Assembly (NCBI GenBank): GCA_963730185.1
Contig: CAVSQW010000001.1
Span: 32,001-96,000 of the forward strand
Reading direction: 5' to 3'
From: an uncultured Gemmatimonadales bacterium
Lineage (GTDB): Bacteria; Gemmatimonadota; Gemmatimonadetes; Gemmatimonadales; GWC2-71-9
Length of the DNA stretch: 64,000 bases
Within the stretch, counting starts at the first letter, position 1. Every line of letters begins with the position of its first letter. Both the position numbers and the translations under genes were made by a program. Under the pieces are notes generated by a model that had not been told where the DNA came from, made no database searches, and saw nothing but the letters and a program-made list of their open reading frames with translations. Shown here piece by piece: positions 20,301 to 29,649 of this stretch.

Positions 20301-21845
20301 TTGCGCCAGTCTCCTTGTCTTGCCCGCGTCGTCGGCGCCGGGCTGATCCCGTCGCTGGTCCTGGCCTGTGCTCGAGCGCCGGGGCCGTCGGCCGGTACGG
20401 TGATCAGCAACGTGGTGGTGATCGACGGCTCCGGCGCGCCGGGCCGGCCGGGCGCGGTCCGGATCGTGGGCGACACGATCGCCGCCGTCGGCGACTTGAC
20501 CCCGATGGCCGGCGACTCGATCGTCGATGGGGGCGGGCTGGTTCTCGCTCCCGGCTTCATCGACACCCATAGCCACCACGACGACGGTCTGCTTCGACAC
20601 CCCGAGGCGTTGGCCGCGGTGAGCCAGGGCGTGACCACGATCGTGGCGGGTCAGGACGGGGGCGAGCACCTGCCTCTTCGGGTCTGGCTCGACTCCCTCA
20701 CGGCCACGCCGGTGGCCATCAACGTCGCCACCTACGCCGGTCACAATACCATCCGCGCTCAGGTGATGGGCGCCGGGTTCCGCCGGGCCGCCACCCCGGC
20801 CGAGGTCGACAGCATGGCCTCGCTCCTCCGGGACGAGATGGGCGCCGGCGCGCTCGGCCTCTCGACCGGCCTGGAGTACGATCCCGGGATCTACTCGACC
20901 CGGGACGAGGTCCTGACGCTGGCCCGGGTGGCCGCCGACTCGGGCGGCCGCTACATCAGCCACATCCGGAGCGAGGACCGCTGGTTCTGGAGCGCGATCG
21001 ACGAGATCATCGCGATCGGCCGGACGGCAAGGCTACCGGTGCAGGTGAGCCACATGAAGCTCGCCATGACGTCGCTCTGGGGGCGGGCCGACAGCCTGCT
21101 TCGGGTGCTCGATCGGGCCCGGGCCGAGGGCGTCGACATCACCGCGGACGTGTATCCGTATCCCTACTGGCAGTCGACCCTCACGGTCCTTTTTCCGAAG
21201 CGAAACTTCGACGATCGAGCCGAGGCCGAGAAAGTGCTCGCCGAGATCGCGCCGCCGGACGGACTCCTGATCGGCAACTTCGCGGCCGACCCCAGCCTGG
21301 TTGGCAAGACCGTCGCCCAGATCGCCGGGCAGCGGGGCACTGATCCGGCGACCACCCTGATGGCGTTGATCCGGGAATCACAGGCGTGGGGCGCGGCCCA
21401 CGGGGGCGACGCCGGGGAGAGCGTCGTGGCGACCAGCATGACAGAGGCCGACGTGGCCGACCTCCTGGCCTGGGATCATACCAACGTGAGCTCGGACGGT
21501 GAGCTCGACGGCGCGCATCCGCGAGGCTTCGGGACGTTCCCTCGGGTGCTGGGACGGCTGGTCCGCGAGCAGCACCGGCTCTCGCTCGAGACCGCGATCC
21601 GGAAGATGACCGGGCTCTCGGCCGAGCACATGGGCATCGCCCGGCGGGGGGTGATCCGGCCGGGCGCCTACGCCGACCTGGTGCTCTTCGATCCCGCCAC
21701 CGTGATCGATCGAGCCACGCCGGAGGACCCCCATGCGCTGTCGGAGGGCATCCAGCGGGTCTGGGTCAACGGCCAGGTGGTGTTCGGCGAGGGGCGTCCG
21801 ACGGGCGCGCATCCGGGCCGGGTGATCCATCGATGGGATCGATAG
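20301..21845 (+). CDS. N-acyl-D-amino-acid deacylase (amidohydrolase), probably a lipoprotein
   Basis: APGFIDTHSH, GQDG, STGLEYDPG, SHIRSE, SHMK, SSDG..HPRGFGTFPR; lipobox-like LVLAC; start approximate. Confidence 0.85.
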   Translation: MRQSPCLARVVGAGLIPSLVLACARAPGPSAGTVISNVVVIDGSGAPGRPGAVRIVGDTIAAVGDLTPMAGDSIVDGGGLVLAPGFIDTHSHHDDGLLRHPEALAAVSQGVTTIVAGQDGGEHLPLRVWLDSLTATPVAINVATYAGHNTIRAQVMGAGFRRAATPAEVDSMASLLRDEMGAGALGLSTGLEYDPGIYSTRDEVLTLARVAADSGGRYISHIRSEDRWFWSAIDEIIAIGRTARLPVQVSHMKLAMTSLWGRADSLLRVLDRARAEGVDITADVYPYPYWQSTLTVLFPKRNFDDRAEAEKVLAEIAPPDGLLIGNFAADPSLVGKTVAQIAGQRGTDPATTLMALIRESQAWGAAHGGDAGESVVATSMTEADVADLLAWDHTNVSSDGELDGAHPRGFGTFPRVLGRLVREQHRLSLETAIRKMTGLSAEHMGIARRGVIRPGAYADLVLFDPATVIDRATPEDPHALSEGIQRVWVNGQVVFGEGRPTGAHPGRVIHRWDR

Positions 21846-22813
21846 ACTTCCCAGCGGCGATCGAGGCCGCCGCGGACCGGATCGCTCCCCACGCCCGGTC
21901 CACGCCGCTGCTCCATTCGCTGTCGCTCTCCCGACTCACCGGCGCCGAGGTCTACCTCAAAGCCGAGAACCTCCAGTACACGGGATCGTTCAAGGTCCGG
22001 GGGGCGCTGAACAAGGTGCTCGGGCTCAGTCCGGACGAGCGGCGGCGCGGCATCGTCACGGCGTCGACCGGCAACCACGGCGCCGCGGTGGCCTACGCCC
22101 TCGGACGGGTGGGGCTCCAAGGCACGGTCTGGGTTCCGGAGACCGCCGATTCGAGCAAGCTCGCCCGGATCGAGGCGCTGGGCGGCCGGGTCGAGCGGTT
22201 CGGGACGGACTCGGCCGAGGCCGAGGCCCATGCCCGCGAGGTGGCCGAGGCCGAGGGGAAGGTGTTCATCTCGCCTTACAACGACCCGGAGATCGTCGCC
22301 GGCCAGGGTACGGTCGGACTCGAGATCACCCGCGAACTCCCGATGCCGGACGCGGTGTTCGTCGCGGTGGGAGGCGGGGGACTGATCTCGGGGATCGCCG
22401 GCTGGCTGGCGGCCCGGGCGCCCGGCGCCACCGTGGTGGGGAGCTCGCCGCGAAACTCGTGCGTCATGGCGGAGTCGGTTCGGGCCGGGCGGATCCTCGA
22501 ACTCGAGTCACGCCCGACCCTGTCGGACGGCACGGCGGGCGGGGTCGAGCCTGGCGCGATTACGTTCGAGTGGTGTCGCGATCTGGTCGACGAGTACCAC
22601 TTGGTCGACGAGCCGGACATCGCGGAGGCGATGCGGCTCGTCGCCGGGGAGGACCACCTGGTCGTCGAAGGGGCGGCCGGGGTTGCGGTCGCCGCGGTCC
22701 TGGCGCAGGCCGAGCGCTGGCGGGGCCGACGGGTGGTCGCTGTGCTCTGCGGCGGGAACGTCGGCTCCGATCGGCTGGCCCGGATCCTTACCCGGGCGGA
22801 ATCCGGAGGGTGA
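21833..22813 (+). CDS. PLP-dependent threonine/serine dehydratase family protein (no ACT domain)
   Basis: KAENLQYTGSFKVRGA, ASTGNHG, VGGGGLISG, EGAAG, LCGGN. Confidence 0.9.
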   Translation: MGSIDFPAAIEAAADRIAPHARSTPLLHSLSLSRLTGAEVYLKAENLQYTGSFKVRGALNKVLGLSPDERRRGIVTASTGNHGAAVAYALGRVGLQGTVWVPETADSSKLARIEALGGRVERFGTDSAEAEAHAREVAEAEGKVFISPYNDPEIVAGQGTVGLEITRELPMPDAVFVAVGGGGLISGIAGWLAARAPGATVVGSSPRNSCVMAESVRAGRILELESRPTLSDGTAGGVEPGAITFEWCRDLVDEYHLVDEPDIAEAMRLVAGEDHLVVEGAAGVAVAAVLAQAERWRGRRVVAVLCGGNVGSDRLARILTRAESGG

Positions 22814-23141
22814 CCTCCTCGCCTGGGTTCACGGTGATCTCGTTGGAGAACGAGCTTCGGTTGCCGCCGATCGGGTCGGCCTCGAAACGGAGCGAGGTGA
22901 TTGAGCGGACCAGGTACTTCGGCAGGGTGAATCGCTGTTCGGAATGGCCGGTGACGATCCCGAGGCGGATCCGGCGAGACCCCTCGTAGACGTAAATCGT
23001 CATATCCGGAAATCCCTGGTTGTCGACCATCAAGGTGGTCGGCGCGTCGAGGTCGACGCTCGTCTCCGCGCCCTGGTGCGAGCAGCCCGCCGCGACCAGG
23101 ATCGCGGCGGCGACCGCTACGTTCCGAAGGGACTTGTTCAT
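22788..23141 (-). CDS. Hypothetical lipoprotein
   Basis: RBS GAGGAG; MNKSLRNVAVAAAILVAAG-C lipobox; beta-rich mature domain; 26-bp convergent overlap. Confidence 0.75.
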   Translation of the reverse strand: MNKSLRNVAVAAAILVAAGCSHQGAETSVDLDAPTTLMVDNQGFPDMTIYVYEGSRRIRLGIVTGHSEQRFTLPKYLVRSITSLRFEADPIGGNRSSFSNEITVNPGEEVTLRIPPG

Positions 23142-23235
23142 ACGCTCCTCACCTTTGCCGTCGCTCCGACCCGACCGTATCTCCATGACACGGAATGGTA
23201 ATGGGGCCCCTGATCTCCTGACGCCTGAGCCACGC

Positions 23236-24249
23236 ATGCCCGACACGCCCCCGACCCTCGCCGCCATCGGCGCCGCCCAGAGCCGGCTGGCGCCCTTCAT
23301 CCGGCATACGCCCGTCTGGGAGTGGCGGGACGATCTTCTGGAGCGTCTGTTGCCCCGGGGCACTTCGGTGCTGCTCAAGCTCGAGCTCTTCCAGCGGGCG
23401 GGCAGCTTCAAGGCTCGGGGAGCCCTGATGAACATGCTGGCGCTCGGGCCGGACGAGCTCCGTCGAGGGGTGACGGCGGTGAGCGCCGGAAACCACGCTG
23501 CGGCGGTCGCCTACGCCGCCCACACCCTCGGGTCGCCGGCGAAGGTGGTGATGCCCCGGACGGCTAATCCGGCAAGGGTGGCGCTCTGTCGGGGGTACGG
23601 GGCGGAGGTGGTGCTGACCGGTGACGTCCACGAGGCGTTCTCGGTGGTCAAGCACATCGAGTCGACCGAAGGGCGGACCTTCGTGCATCCGTTCGAGGGG
23701 CTCAACGTGAGCACGGGGACCGGGACGCTGGGCCTCGAGCTGCTTCGCCAGCAGGACGATCTCGACGCGATCGTGGTGCCGGTGGGCGGGGGCGGTCTGA
23801 TCAGTGGCATCGCGGCGGCGGTCAAGCAGGCGCGGCCGGGGTGCCTGGTGCTGGGGGTGGAGCCGATGGGCAACGACGTGATCAAGCGGAGCATCGCGTC
23901 GGGCACGCCGGAAAAGGCCATCGGGGCGGTCACCATCGCCGACAGCCTCAATCCGCCGTTCGCGATGCCCTACAGCCTGGGCCTGATCCGGCAGTTCGTG
24001 GACGACGTCGTGCTGGTCAGCGACGAGGCCCTGGAGGAGGCGATCTACCTGCTGTTCAGCCGAGCCAAGCTGGCGGTGGAGCCGGCGGCCGCGGCGGCGA
24101 CGGCCGCGCTCCTCGGTCCGCTCCGGGAACGTTTGGCCGGGCGCCGGGTGGGCCTCGTGGTGTGCGGCACCAACATCGACCCTGCCAGCTTCGCCGAGTA
24201 CCTGGCTCGGGGCGAGGGGCTCTGGCGGACCCGGGGCGAAGGGGGCTGA
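23236..24249 (+). CDS. Second PLP-dependent threonine/serine dehydratase family protein
   Basis: KLELFQRAGSFKARGA, VSAGNHA, VGGGGLISG, EPAAAA, VCGTN; alternative start at 23185. Confidence 0.9.
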   Translation: MPDTPPTLAAIGAAQSRLAPFIRHTPVWEWRDDLLERLLPRGTSVLLKLELFQRAGSFKARGALMNMLALGPDELRRGVTAVSAGNHAAAVAYAAHTLGSPAKVVMPRTANPARVALCRGYGAEVVLTGDVHEAFSVVKHIESTEGRTFVHPFEGLNVSTGTGTLGLELLRQQDDLDAIVVPVGGGGLISGIAAAVKQARPGCLVLGVEPMGNDVIKRSIASGTPEKAIGAVTIADSLNPPFAMPYSLGLIRQFVDDVVLVSDEALEEAIYLLFSRAKLAVEPAAAAATAALLGPLRERLAGRRVGLVVCGTNIDPASFAEYLARGEGLWRTRGEGG

Positions 24250-24251
24250 GA

Positions 24252-24992
24252 GTGCCCCGCGCGTTGGTAATCGCGGCCATCGCCTTCACCGGGACCATGT
24301 TGGGGTCGCTCAGCGGCGGCAGCACCTCGGTCCTCACCACGCCGTCGTGGGTGGCCCTCGGGTTCCCGCTGCCGGTGGCGATCGGGGCTGACAAGATCGC
24401 CGGCGCGTTCTGGACGCTGCTCGGCAGCCGGAACTACCTTCGCCGGAGCAGGCCCGATCGCCGCCTGGCGCTGGGGATGGTGATCTTCGGGTTGGGTGGG
24501 GTCGTCTTGGGTACCCTGGCCACCGCCAACCTCCCGCCGGGGCCGCTGCAGCGGGTCGTGGGGGGCATCATCGTCACGGTGGTGATCGTCGTGGCACTCC
24601 GGCCACGACTCGGGGTGGAGGCCGGGCCTCCGCGCCTCTCCCGCCGGGCGACCGTGGCCGCCTCGGTGCCCTTCGGATTCTACGAGGGCCTCCTAGGGTC
24701 GGGGAACAGCATCTTCGTCACCCTGCTCCTGGCCGGCGGGCGGGGCCTCGACCTGCCCCGGGCGCTCGGGCACTACTACCTGGTGGCCAGCGCGTGGTGC
24801 GCCTTGGCGGCGGTTTCCTATGCGGCCCAGGGCTACTTCGACCCTGGGCTCGCGGTTCCGGCGACCCTCGGCGCGATTGCCGGCGGGTACCTGGGATCCC
24901 GGATCGGGGCGCGGCGGGGGGCGCCGTTCGTGAAGGTGGTGTTCGTGTTGGCCGGGGTGATCCTCGGCGGCAAGCTGCTGCTGGGTCGATGA
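24252..24992 (+). CDS. TauE/SafE (YfcA-like) membrane transporter
   Basis: GSLSGGS..L.TP, AIGADK, GFYEGLLGSGNSIF, GGYLGSRIG; multi-TM. Confidence 0.8.
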   Translation: MPRALVIAAIAFTGTMLGSLSGGSTSVLTTPSWVALGFPLPVAIGADKIAGAFWTLLGSRNYLRRSRPDRRLALGMVIFGLGGVVLGTLATANLPPGPLQRVVGGIIVTVVIVVALRPRLGVEAGPPRLSRRATVAASVPFGFYEGLLGSGNSIFVTLLLAGGRGLDLPRALGHYYLVASAWCALAAVSYAAQGYFDPGLAVPATLGAIAGGYLGSRIGARRGAPFVKVVFVLAGVILGGKLLLGR

Positions 24993-25171
24993 TCACGCTT
25001 CTGGTCATGGCGGCTTACGCAGTGCTGTTGGGCGCCCTGCTGGTGCTGATCGTGGCCAGTCTGGGGGCCCTTCGGGAGGGGATCCGCCAGCGAGGCCGGA
25101 TCCGCGGGCTGCTGATGACCCTTGGGGTCCTGGCCGCCTCGGTGATCGCGATCTGGGCCCTACTCGTGTAA
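24989..25171 (+). CDS. Small 2-TM hypothetical protein
   Basis: ATGA-coupled to the upstream gene; two hydrophobic helices. Confidence 0.55.
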   Translation: MITLLVMAAYAVLLGALLVLIVASLGALREGIRQRGRIRGLLMTLGVLAASVIAIWALLV

Positions 25172-25182
25172 CGGAGGGTGCC

Positions 25183-25650
25183 GTGAGTGACCTGATCATC
25201 CGGCGAGCGCTGATTGGCGACCTCGACGCACTGGTCCCGCTCTTCGACGCCTATCGCGTCTTCTATCGTCGGCCAGCCAACCCTCGGGAGGTCCGCGACT
25301 TCCTCGGTGAGCGCTTTCGCCGGGACGATTCGGTGATCTTCATCGGGTTCCTCCGGGCCGATGACGGGCCGGTCGGCTTCGCGCAGCTTTACCCGGTGCC
25401 GGCGTCGGTTTCGCTGGGCCGCGCCTGGATTCTGAACGACCTGTTCGTGGCGCCGTCGGCCCGGGGCCTGGGGCTGGGTCGGGCGTTGCTCGTTGCGGCC
25501 CGCGGCCACGGGTTGGAGACCTCCGCCCTCTACCTCGAGCTGATGACCGAGCTGAGCAACGCCGCCGCCCGGCACCTCTACGAGGCGGAGGGCTGGGTGC
25601 TCGACGAGACGTTCGCGCACTACGAGCTGGATCTCGGTCGGCGTGCCTGA
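25183..25650 (+). CDS. GNAT family N-acetyltransferase
   Basis: LFDAYRVFY, GFAQLYP, WILNDLFVAPSARGLGLG, N..A..LYE..GW. Confidence 0.9.
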   Translation: MSDLIIRRALIGDLDALVPLFDAYRVFYRRPANPREVRDFLGERFRRDDSVIFIGFLRADDGPVGFAQLYPVPASVSLGRAWILNDLFVAPSARGLGLGRALLVAARGHGLETSALYLELMTELSNAAARHLYEAEGWVLDETFAHYELDLGRRA

Positions 25651-26413
25651 CCCGGCCGGCTTCAAGGACCACTTCTCCGGTCGGGCGGCGGGGTATGCGG
25701 TCTATCGGCCGCGATATCCCGCCGCCTTGTTCGACTGGCTGGCGGACCAGAGTCCGGCCCGCGAGATGGCCTGGGACTGCGCCACCGGGAGCGGACAGGC
25801 GGCCGGGGAGCTGGCGGGCCGGTTTGCCCGGGTGGTGGCGACCGACGCGAGCGAGGCCCAGATTGGCCGAGCCGTGGCGGCACCGGGGGTGGGGTATCGG
25901 GTGGCCCGGGCCGAGTCCAGCGGCCTCGCCCCCGGGAGCGCCGATCTGGTCACCGTCGCCCAGGCGCTGCACTGGCTCGATCTGCCTCGCTTCTATGCCG
26001 AGGTACGCCGGGTGGCGCGGCCGGGGGCCTTGCTGGCGGTCTGGTGCTACACGGCTCTCCGGATAGATCCGGGGATCGACGAGCTGGTGCGGGAGTTCTA
26101 CGACGGCCCCGTCGGCCCCTACTGGCCCCCCGAGCGGAGCCACGTGGACCAGGGCTATCGGTCGCTCCCCTTTCCCTTCCCCGAGCTCACCGTCCCCCAG
26201 TTCCGGATGGTCTCCGAATGGACGCTGGCCGATCTCTCGGGCTACCTTCGTACCTGGTCGGCCGTCATCCGCTACGAGGCGGAGCACGGCACCGATCCCG
26301 TTGCGCCGGTCGAGGCGGCGCTGGCGCGCCGCTGGGGAGATCCGGCGACCGTGCGCCGGGTCGTATGGCCGCTCAGCTTCCGGGTCGGGCGGATCGGAGC
26401 CCCGGCGGCTTAG
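25643..26413 (+). CDS. Class I SAM-dependent methyltransferase
   Basis: FKDHFS..A..YA.YRP.YP, AWDCATGSGQ, DLVTVAQALHW. Confidence 0.9.
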   Translation: MPDPAGFKDHFSGRAAGYAVYRPRYPAALFDWLADQSPAREMAWDCATGSGQAAGELAGRFARVVATDASEAQIGRAVAAPGVGYRVARAESSGLAPGSADLVTVAQALHWLDLPRFYAEVRRVARPGALLAVWCYTALRIDPGIDELVREFYDGPVGPYWPPERSHVDQGYRSLPFPFPELTVPQFRMVSEWTLADLSGYLRTWSAVIRYEAEHGTDPVAPVEAALARRWGDPATVRRVVWPLSFRVGRIGAPAA

Positions 26414-26463
26414 GCCGCTGGGCCCGCCCGCCCGACATCGTTCCGCCGTCCGCAGAGGAAACC

Positions 26464-27051
26464 ATGCGCTCGTTGATCGCCCTCGCCTCGCTCTCGCTCG
26501 TCAGTGCGCCGCTTGCCGCCCAGGCGGGCCGTGCCGCCATTCCGCCGGCCGCTCGGCAGATCGAGTGGGCCGTCGAGGCGGCCCCGGAGCGGATGCGGGC
26601 CGATGCCACGGTGCTCGGTTACCTGCCGGATGGGAAGTTCGTCACCCTGCGGAAGGGGACGGGCGCCTTGGTCTGCCTGGCCGACGATCCCAACACGCCG
26701 AACCACCACGTGTCCTGCTACCACCGGGATCTCGACCCGTTCATGGCCCGGGGCCGTGAGCTCCGGGCGGAAGGCAAGGGAGCCAACGAGGTGCGGGCGG
26801 CCCGCCTCGCGGAGATCAAAGCCGGCCAGCTCAAGCTCCCCACCGCGCCGGCGGTCCTCTATCAGTTCATCGCACCGCCCGGCAGCGCGGATCCCAAGAC
26901 CGGCGCCGTCAAGAACGGCCAGTACATGTCGGTCGTCTACATCCCCTACGCCACCAGCGAGAGCACCGGCCTCTCGGTCCGGCCGGCCAAAGGGCAGCCC
27001 TGGCTGATGGACCCCGGCTTGCCCTGGGCGCACATCATGATCACCCCCTGA
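26464..27051 (+). CDS. Secreted hypothetical protein
   Basis: RBS GAGGA; signal peptide ending LAA-Q; LVCLADDP..HVSCYH and PWLM.PG.PWAHIMI. Confidence 0.75.
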   Translation: MRSLIALASLSLVSAPLAAQAGRAAIPPAARQIEWAVEAAPERMRADATVLGYLPDGKFVTLRKGTGALVCLADDPNTPNHHVSCYHRDLDPFMARGRELRAEGKGANEVRAARLAEIKAGQLKLPTAPAVLYQFIAPPGSADPKTGAVKNGQYMSVVYIPYATSESTGLSVRPAKGQPWLMDPGLPWAHIMITP

Positions 27052-27057
27052 GAACGG

Positions 27058-28422
27058 TCAGCGCGGCAGTCCCTCGTTGGCGACCACGTAGGCCATGACC
27101 GCCATCGCGGCGGCGTTCATGGCGACCTCGCGGGGATCGAGCTTGTCGACGTTGTCGGCCGGGGTGTGATGGTACCAGAAGTAGCGTGACTCGTCGACGT
27201 TGTGGCTCATGCCGGGTACGCCCTCGCCCATGATCGGGCCGATGTCGGCGCCCCCACCGGCCGGGAGGATGGAGTCAGCCCCGATCCGGTGGAGCATCCC
27301 CGCCACCTGACGGACGATCGCGCGGGCCGAGTCCGAGCCGGTGAAGCCGAACCCGATCGGACGGAACACGCCGCCGTCCGACTCGATGGCCAGCACGTGC
27401 TTGGGGAGCTCGTCGCGATGAGCGTCGCGATACGCCTGACCGCCCCGCCCACCGTTCTCCTCGTTGACCCACCCCACCACCCGCACGGTTCGCTTCGGGC
27501 GGAGACCCAGCTGGTGCATCAGCCGGACCGCTTCCCAGGCGATGATCACCCCGCCGCCGTCGTCCATGGCGCCGGTGCCCACGTCCCAGGAATCGATGTG
27601 CCCGCCAATCACCACGATCTCGTCCGGACGCTCACTGCCGCGAATCTCGGCCATCACGTTTCGGGACGGGGCATCCGGCAGAGTCGCCGCCTCCATCTGG
27701 ACTTTCACCACGATCCGGTCGCCCCGGTCCTGCATCCGGTGGAGCATGGCCGCGTCTTCCATGGTGATCGCGAAGCCGGGGATCTTCCGGACCGACTCGT
27801 CGTAGCGCATGGCGCCGGTGTGCGGGGTCCGCATGCTGAACGGTCCCACCGAGCGGATCATGCTGGCCACGGCCCCCAGCTTGGCCGCTTCGATCGCCCC
27901 GTTTCCCCGGTACTGGACCGTCTGGCCGTAGTTCGTGAAGGGCACGTCGAACAGCACGACCTTGCCGGGCACGTCGGCGGCATGTGACTGGAGATCGTCG
28001 AAGCTGGTGACCACCAGCACGGGGGCGGTGATCCCGCCCGGCGGCGTCCCGACGCTCCCGCCGAGCCCGAGCATCGGGAGGGCACCGAAGCGCGGCTGGA
28101 CCATCTCCGCCGACTCTCGGCCCCGCACCCAGTGGGGGACCATGACCGGCTCGGTCCGGACGTTCTCGAGGCCCTCGTCCTTCATCCGCTGGGCAACCCA
28201 GTCGATGGCCCGCTCCAGGGCGGCCGATCCGCTCAGCCGGGGCCCGAACCGGTCGGCCAGCTCGGCCAGCTTGTTCCAGGCGGCGCTGTCGGCCAGGGCC
28301 GCGTCGATCAGGCGGTCCGCGGCGGCCTGGTTGCGCCGCTGCAGGGCGGTGGGCCGGGCCTGTTGGGCGGCGGCGGGAGCGGCCAGCGCCAAGGCGAAAA
28401 GGAGCGATAGCGGTCGACGCAT
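27058..28422 (-). CDS. Secreted M28 family metallopeptidase (carboxypeptidase Q-like)
   Basis: Signal peptide; FGPRLSGS, PHTG, GGHIDSWDVGTGAMDDGGG, NEENG, ESD, YHHTPAD. Confidence 0.92.
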   Translation of the reverse strand: MRRPLSLLFALALAAPAAAQQARPTALQRRNQAAADRLIDAALADSAAWNKLAELADRFGPRLSGSAALERAIDWVAQRMKDEGLENVRTEPVMVPHWVRGRESAEMVQPRFGALPMLGLGGSVGTPPGGITAPVLVVTSFDDLQSHAADVPGKVVLFDVPFTNYGQTVQYRGNGAIEAAKLGAVASMIRSVGPFSMRTPHTGAMRYDESVRKIPGFAITMEDAAMLHRMQDRGDRIVVKVQMEAATLPDAPSRNVMAEIRGSERPDEIVVIGGHIDSWDVGTGAMDDGGGVIIAWEAVRLMHQLGLRPKRTVRVVGWVNEENGGRGGQAYRDAHRDELPKHVLAIESDGGVFRPIGFGFTGSDSARAIVRQVAGMLHRIGADSILPAGGGADIGPIMGEGVPGMSHNVDESRYFWYHHTPADNVDKLDPREVAMNAAAMAVMAYVVANEGLPR

Positions 28423-28538
28423 TTCGAGGATACCCTGGGTGAGGGGGAAGGCCTCAAAGGTAAACCCGGGCCTTTCGCCACCGCCCGGGCGGGCCGAGAT
28501 TGGGGGTGAAGACGCGGACCGATAACCCGGAGGTCGAC

Positions 28539-29051
28539 GTGATCGAAGTCCTGTTGCTGGCCGCTTCCCTGGGGTGCGGCGGTACCCCGATGACTCAGCA
28601 GCTCCCTCCGAGTCGCTACCGTGATCGGGCGCCCGAGATCGACACCCTCGGCGTGTCGAGCTTCGTCCGGCACCCGGCCGGCCGGGTGTGGGTGGTGCTC
28701 CCGGCCGTCTTCAAGGATCTCGGGCTCGACCTGAACTACCGGGTCCCCGAGGAGCACCGGACCGGCACCTGCTATCAGAAGGTCCGAAGCCGCCTCGGCC
28801 GGGCCGTGCTCTCCGACCTGATGGATTGCGGTGACACCCGGTCCCTGCCCAACGCCGATCGCTACGAGATCGCCCTCACCGTGATCGTCACCCTCGAAGC
28901 CCAGGGCGACGGGACGGCAGTGCACACCTTCGTGTTGGGGGTCGGTCTCGACGACTCGGGTGTCGCCAGCGGCAGGATCTGGTGCTATTCGAAGGGCGTC
29001 CTCGAACAGCGAGTCTCCGACATGATCCAGGCCCAGCTGGCCGCCGGCTAG
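28539..29051 (+). CDS. Hypothetical lipoprotein
   Basis: RBS GGAGG then GTG; LLLAASLG-C lipobox; several further Cys. Confidence 0.65.
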   Translation: MIEVLLLAASLGCGGTPMTQQLPPSRYRDRAPEIDTLGVSSFVRHPAGRVWVVLPAVFKDLGLDLNYRVPEEHRTGTCYQKVRSRLGRAVLSDLMDCGDTRSLPNADRYEIALTVIVTLEAQGDGTAVHTFVLGVGLDDSGVASGRIWCYSKGVLEQRVSDMIQAQLAAG

Positions 29052-29540
29052 TCAGGGCTCGCGGCAATACCGCCCGCCGGCGCACCGCTCAGCGATGAAC
29101 GACTCGGCGGCCAGCCGCCACCGGCCGTCGAGTCGGCGCCATTGGGCGAGGTAGCGCCCGGTCACCCGGACCGGGCCGTCCGGGTCAGTCCAATCGCCCT
29201 GCCATTGGCCCGATTCCGTCGCCATGTCCCAGGCCGGCAGCACTGTCACGACTTCCGGGGTGCGACGATAGCGTTCGTCGGCGTGCTGTCGGATGCCCGC
29301 CTCGAAGAGGGCTCGATAGGCGGCACGCCCGACCGTGGCGGTGCCGCGCGAGGTGATCACCCGGATCGAGTCGGTCCAGTCGTCGCCCAGGTGGTCGAGA
29401 TCGTGCCGAGTGATCGCCAGGTTGAAGCGTTCTCGGGCAGCCCGGATCTGGGCTTCGTCGCCCGAGGCCTGAGCCCCGACCGAACCGGCGACGCACGCCG
29501 CCGTCAGGAGGAGCACGCCGACGGTCTTTCCCTGCGACAT
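29052..29540 (-). CDS. Secreted NTF2-like / DUF4440 protein
   Basis: Signal peptide; IRAARERFN.AI..HD, G...GR, E.G.W.G, GRYLAQWRR.DGRWRL. Confidence 0.8.
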   Translation of the reverse strand: MSQGKTVGVLLLTAACVAGSVGAQASGDEAQIRAARERFNLAITRHDLDHLGDDWTDSIRVITSRGTATVGRAAYRALFEAGIRQHADERYRRTPEVVTVLPAWDMATESGQWQGDWTDPDGPVRVTGRYLAQWRRLDGRWRLAAESFIAERCAGGRYCREP

Positions 29541-29649
29541 CCCCGCCTCCTTTCCCCGTTTGCCGGGGTTCCGTTTTGACGCTACTCTCCCTCCACCTTC
29601 GTCCCCGTCACCCCGCATCGAACCATCCCCTCCGAGGAGACCGTTCCGG

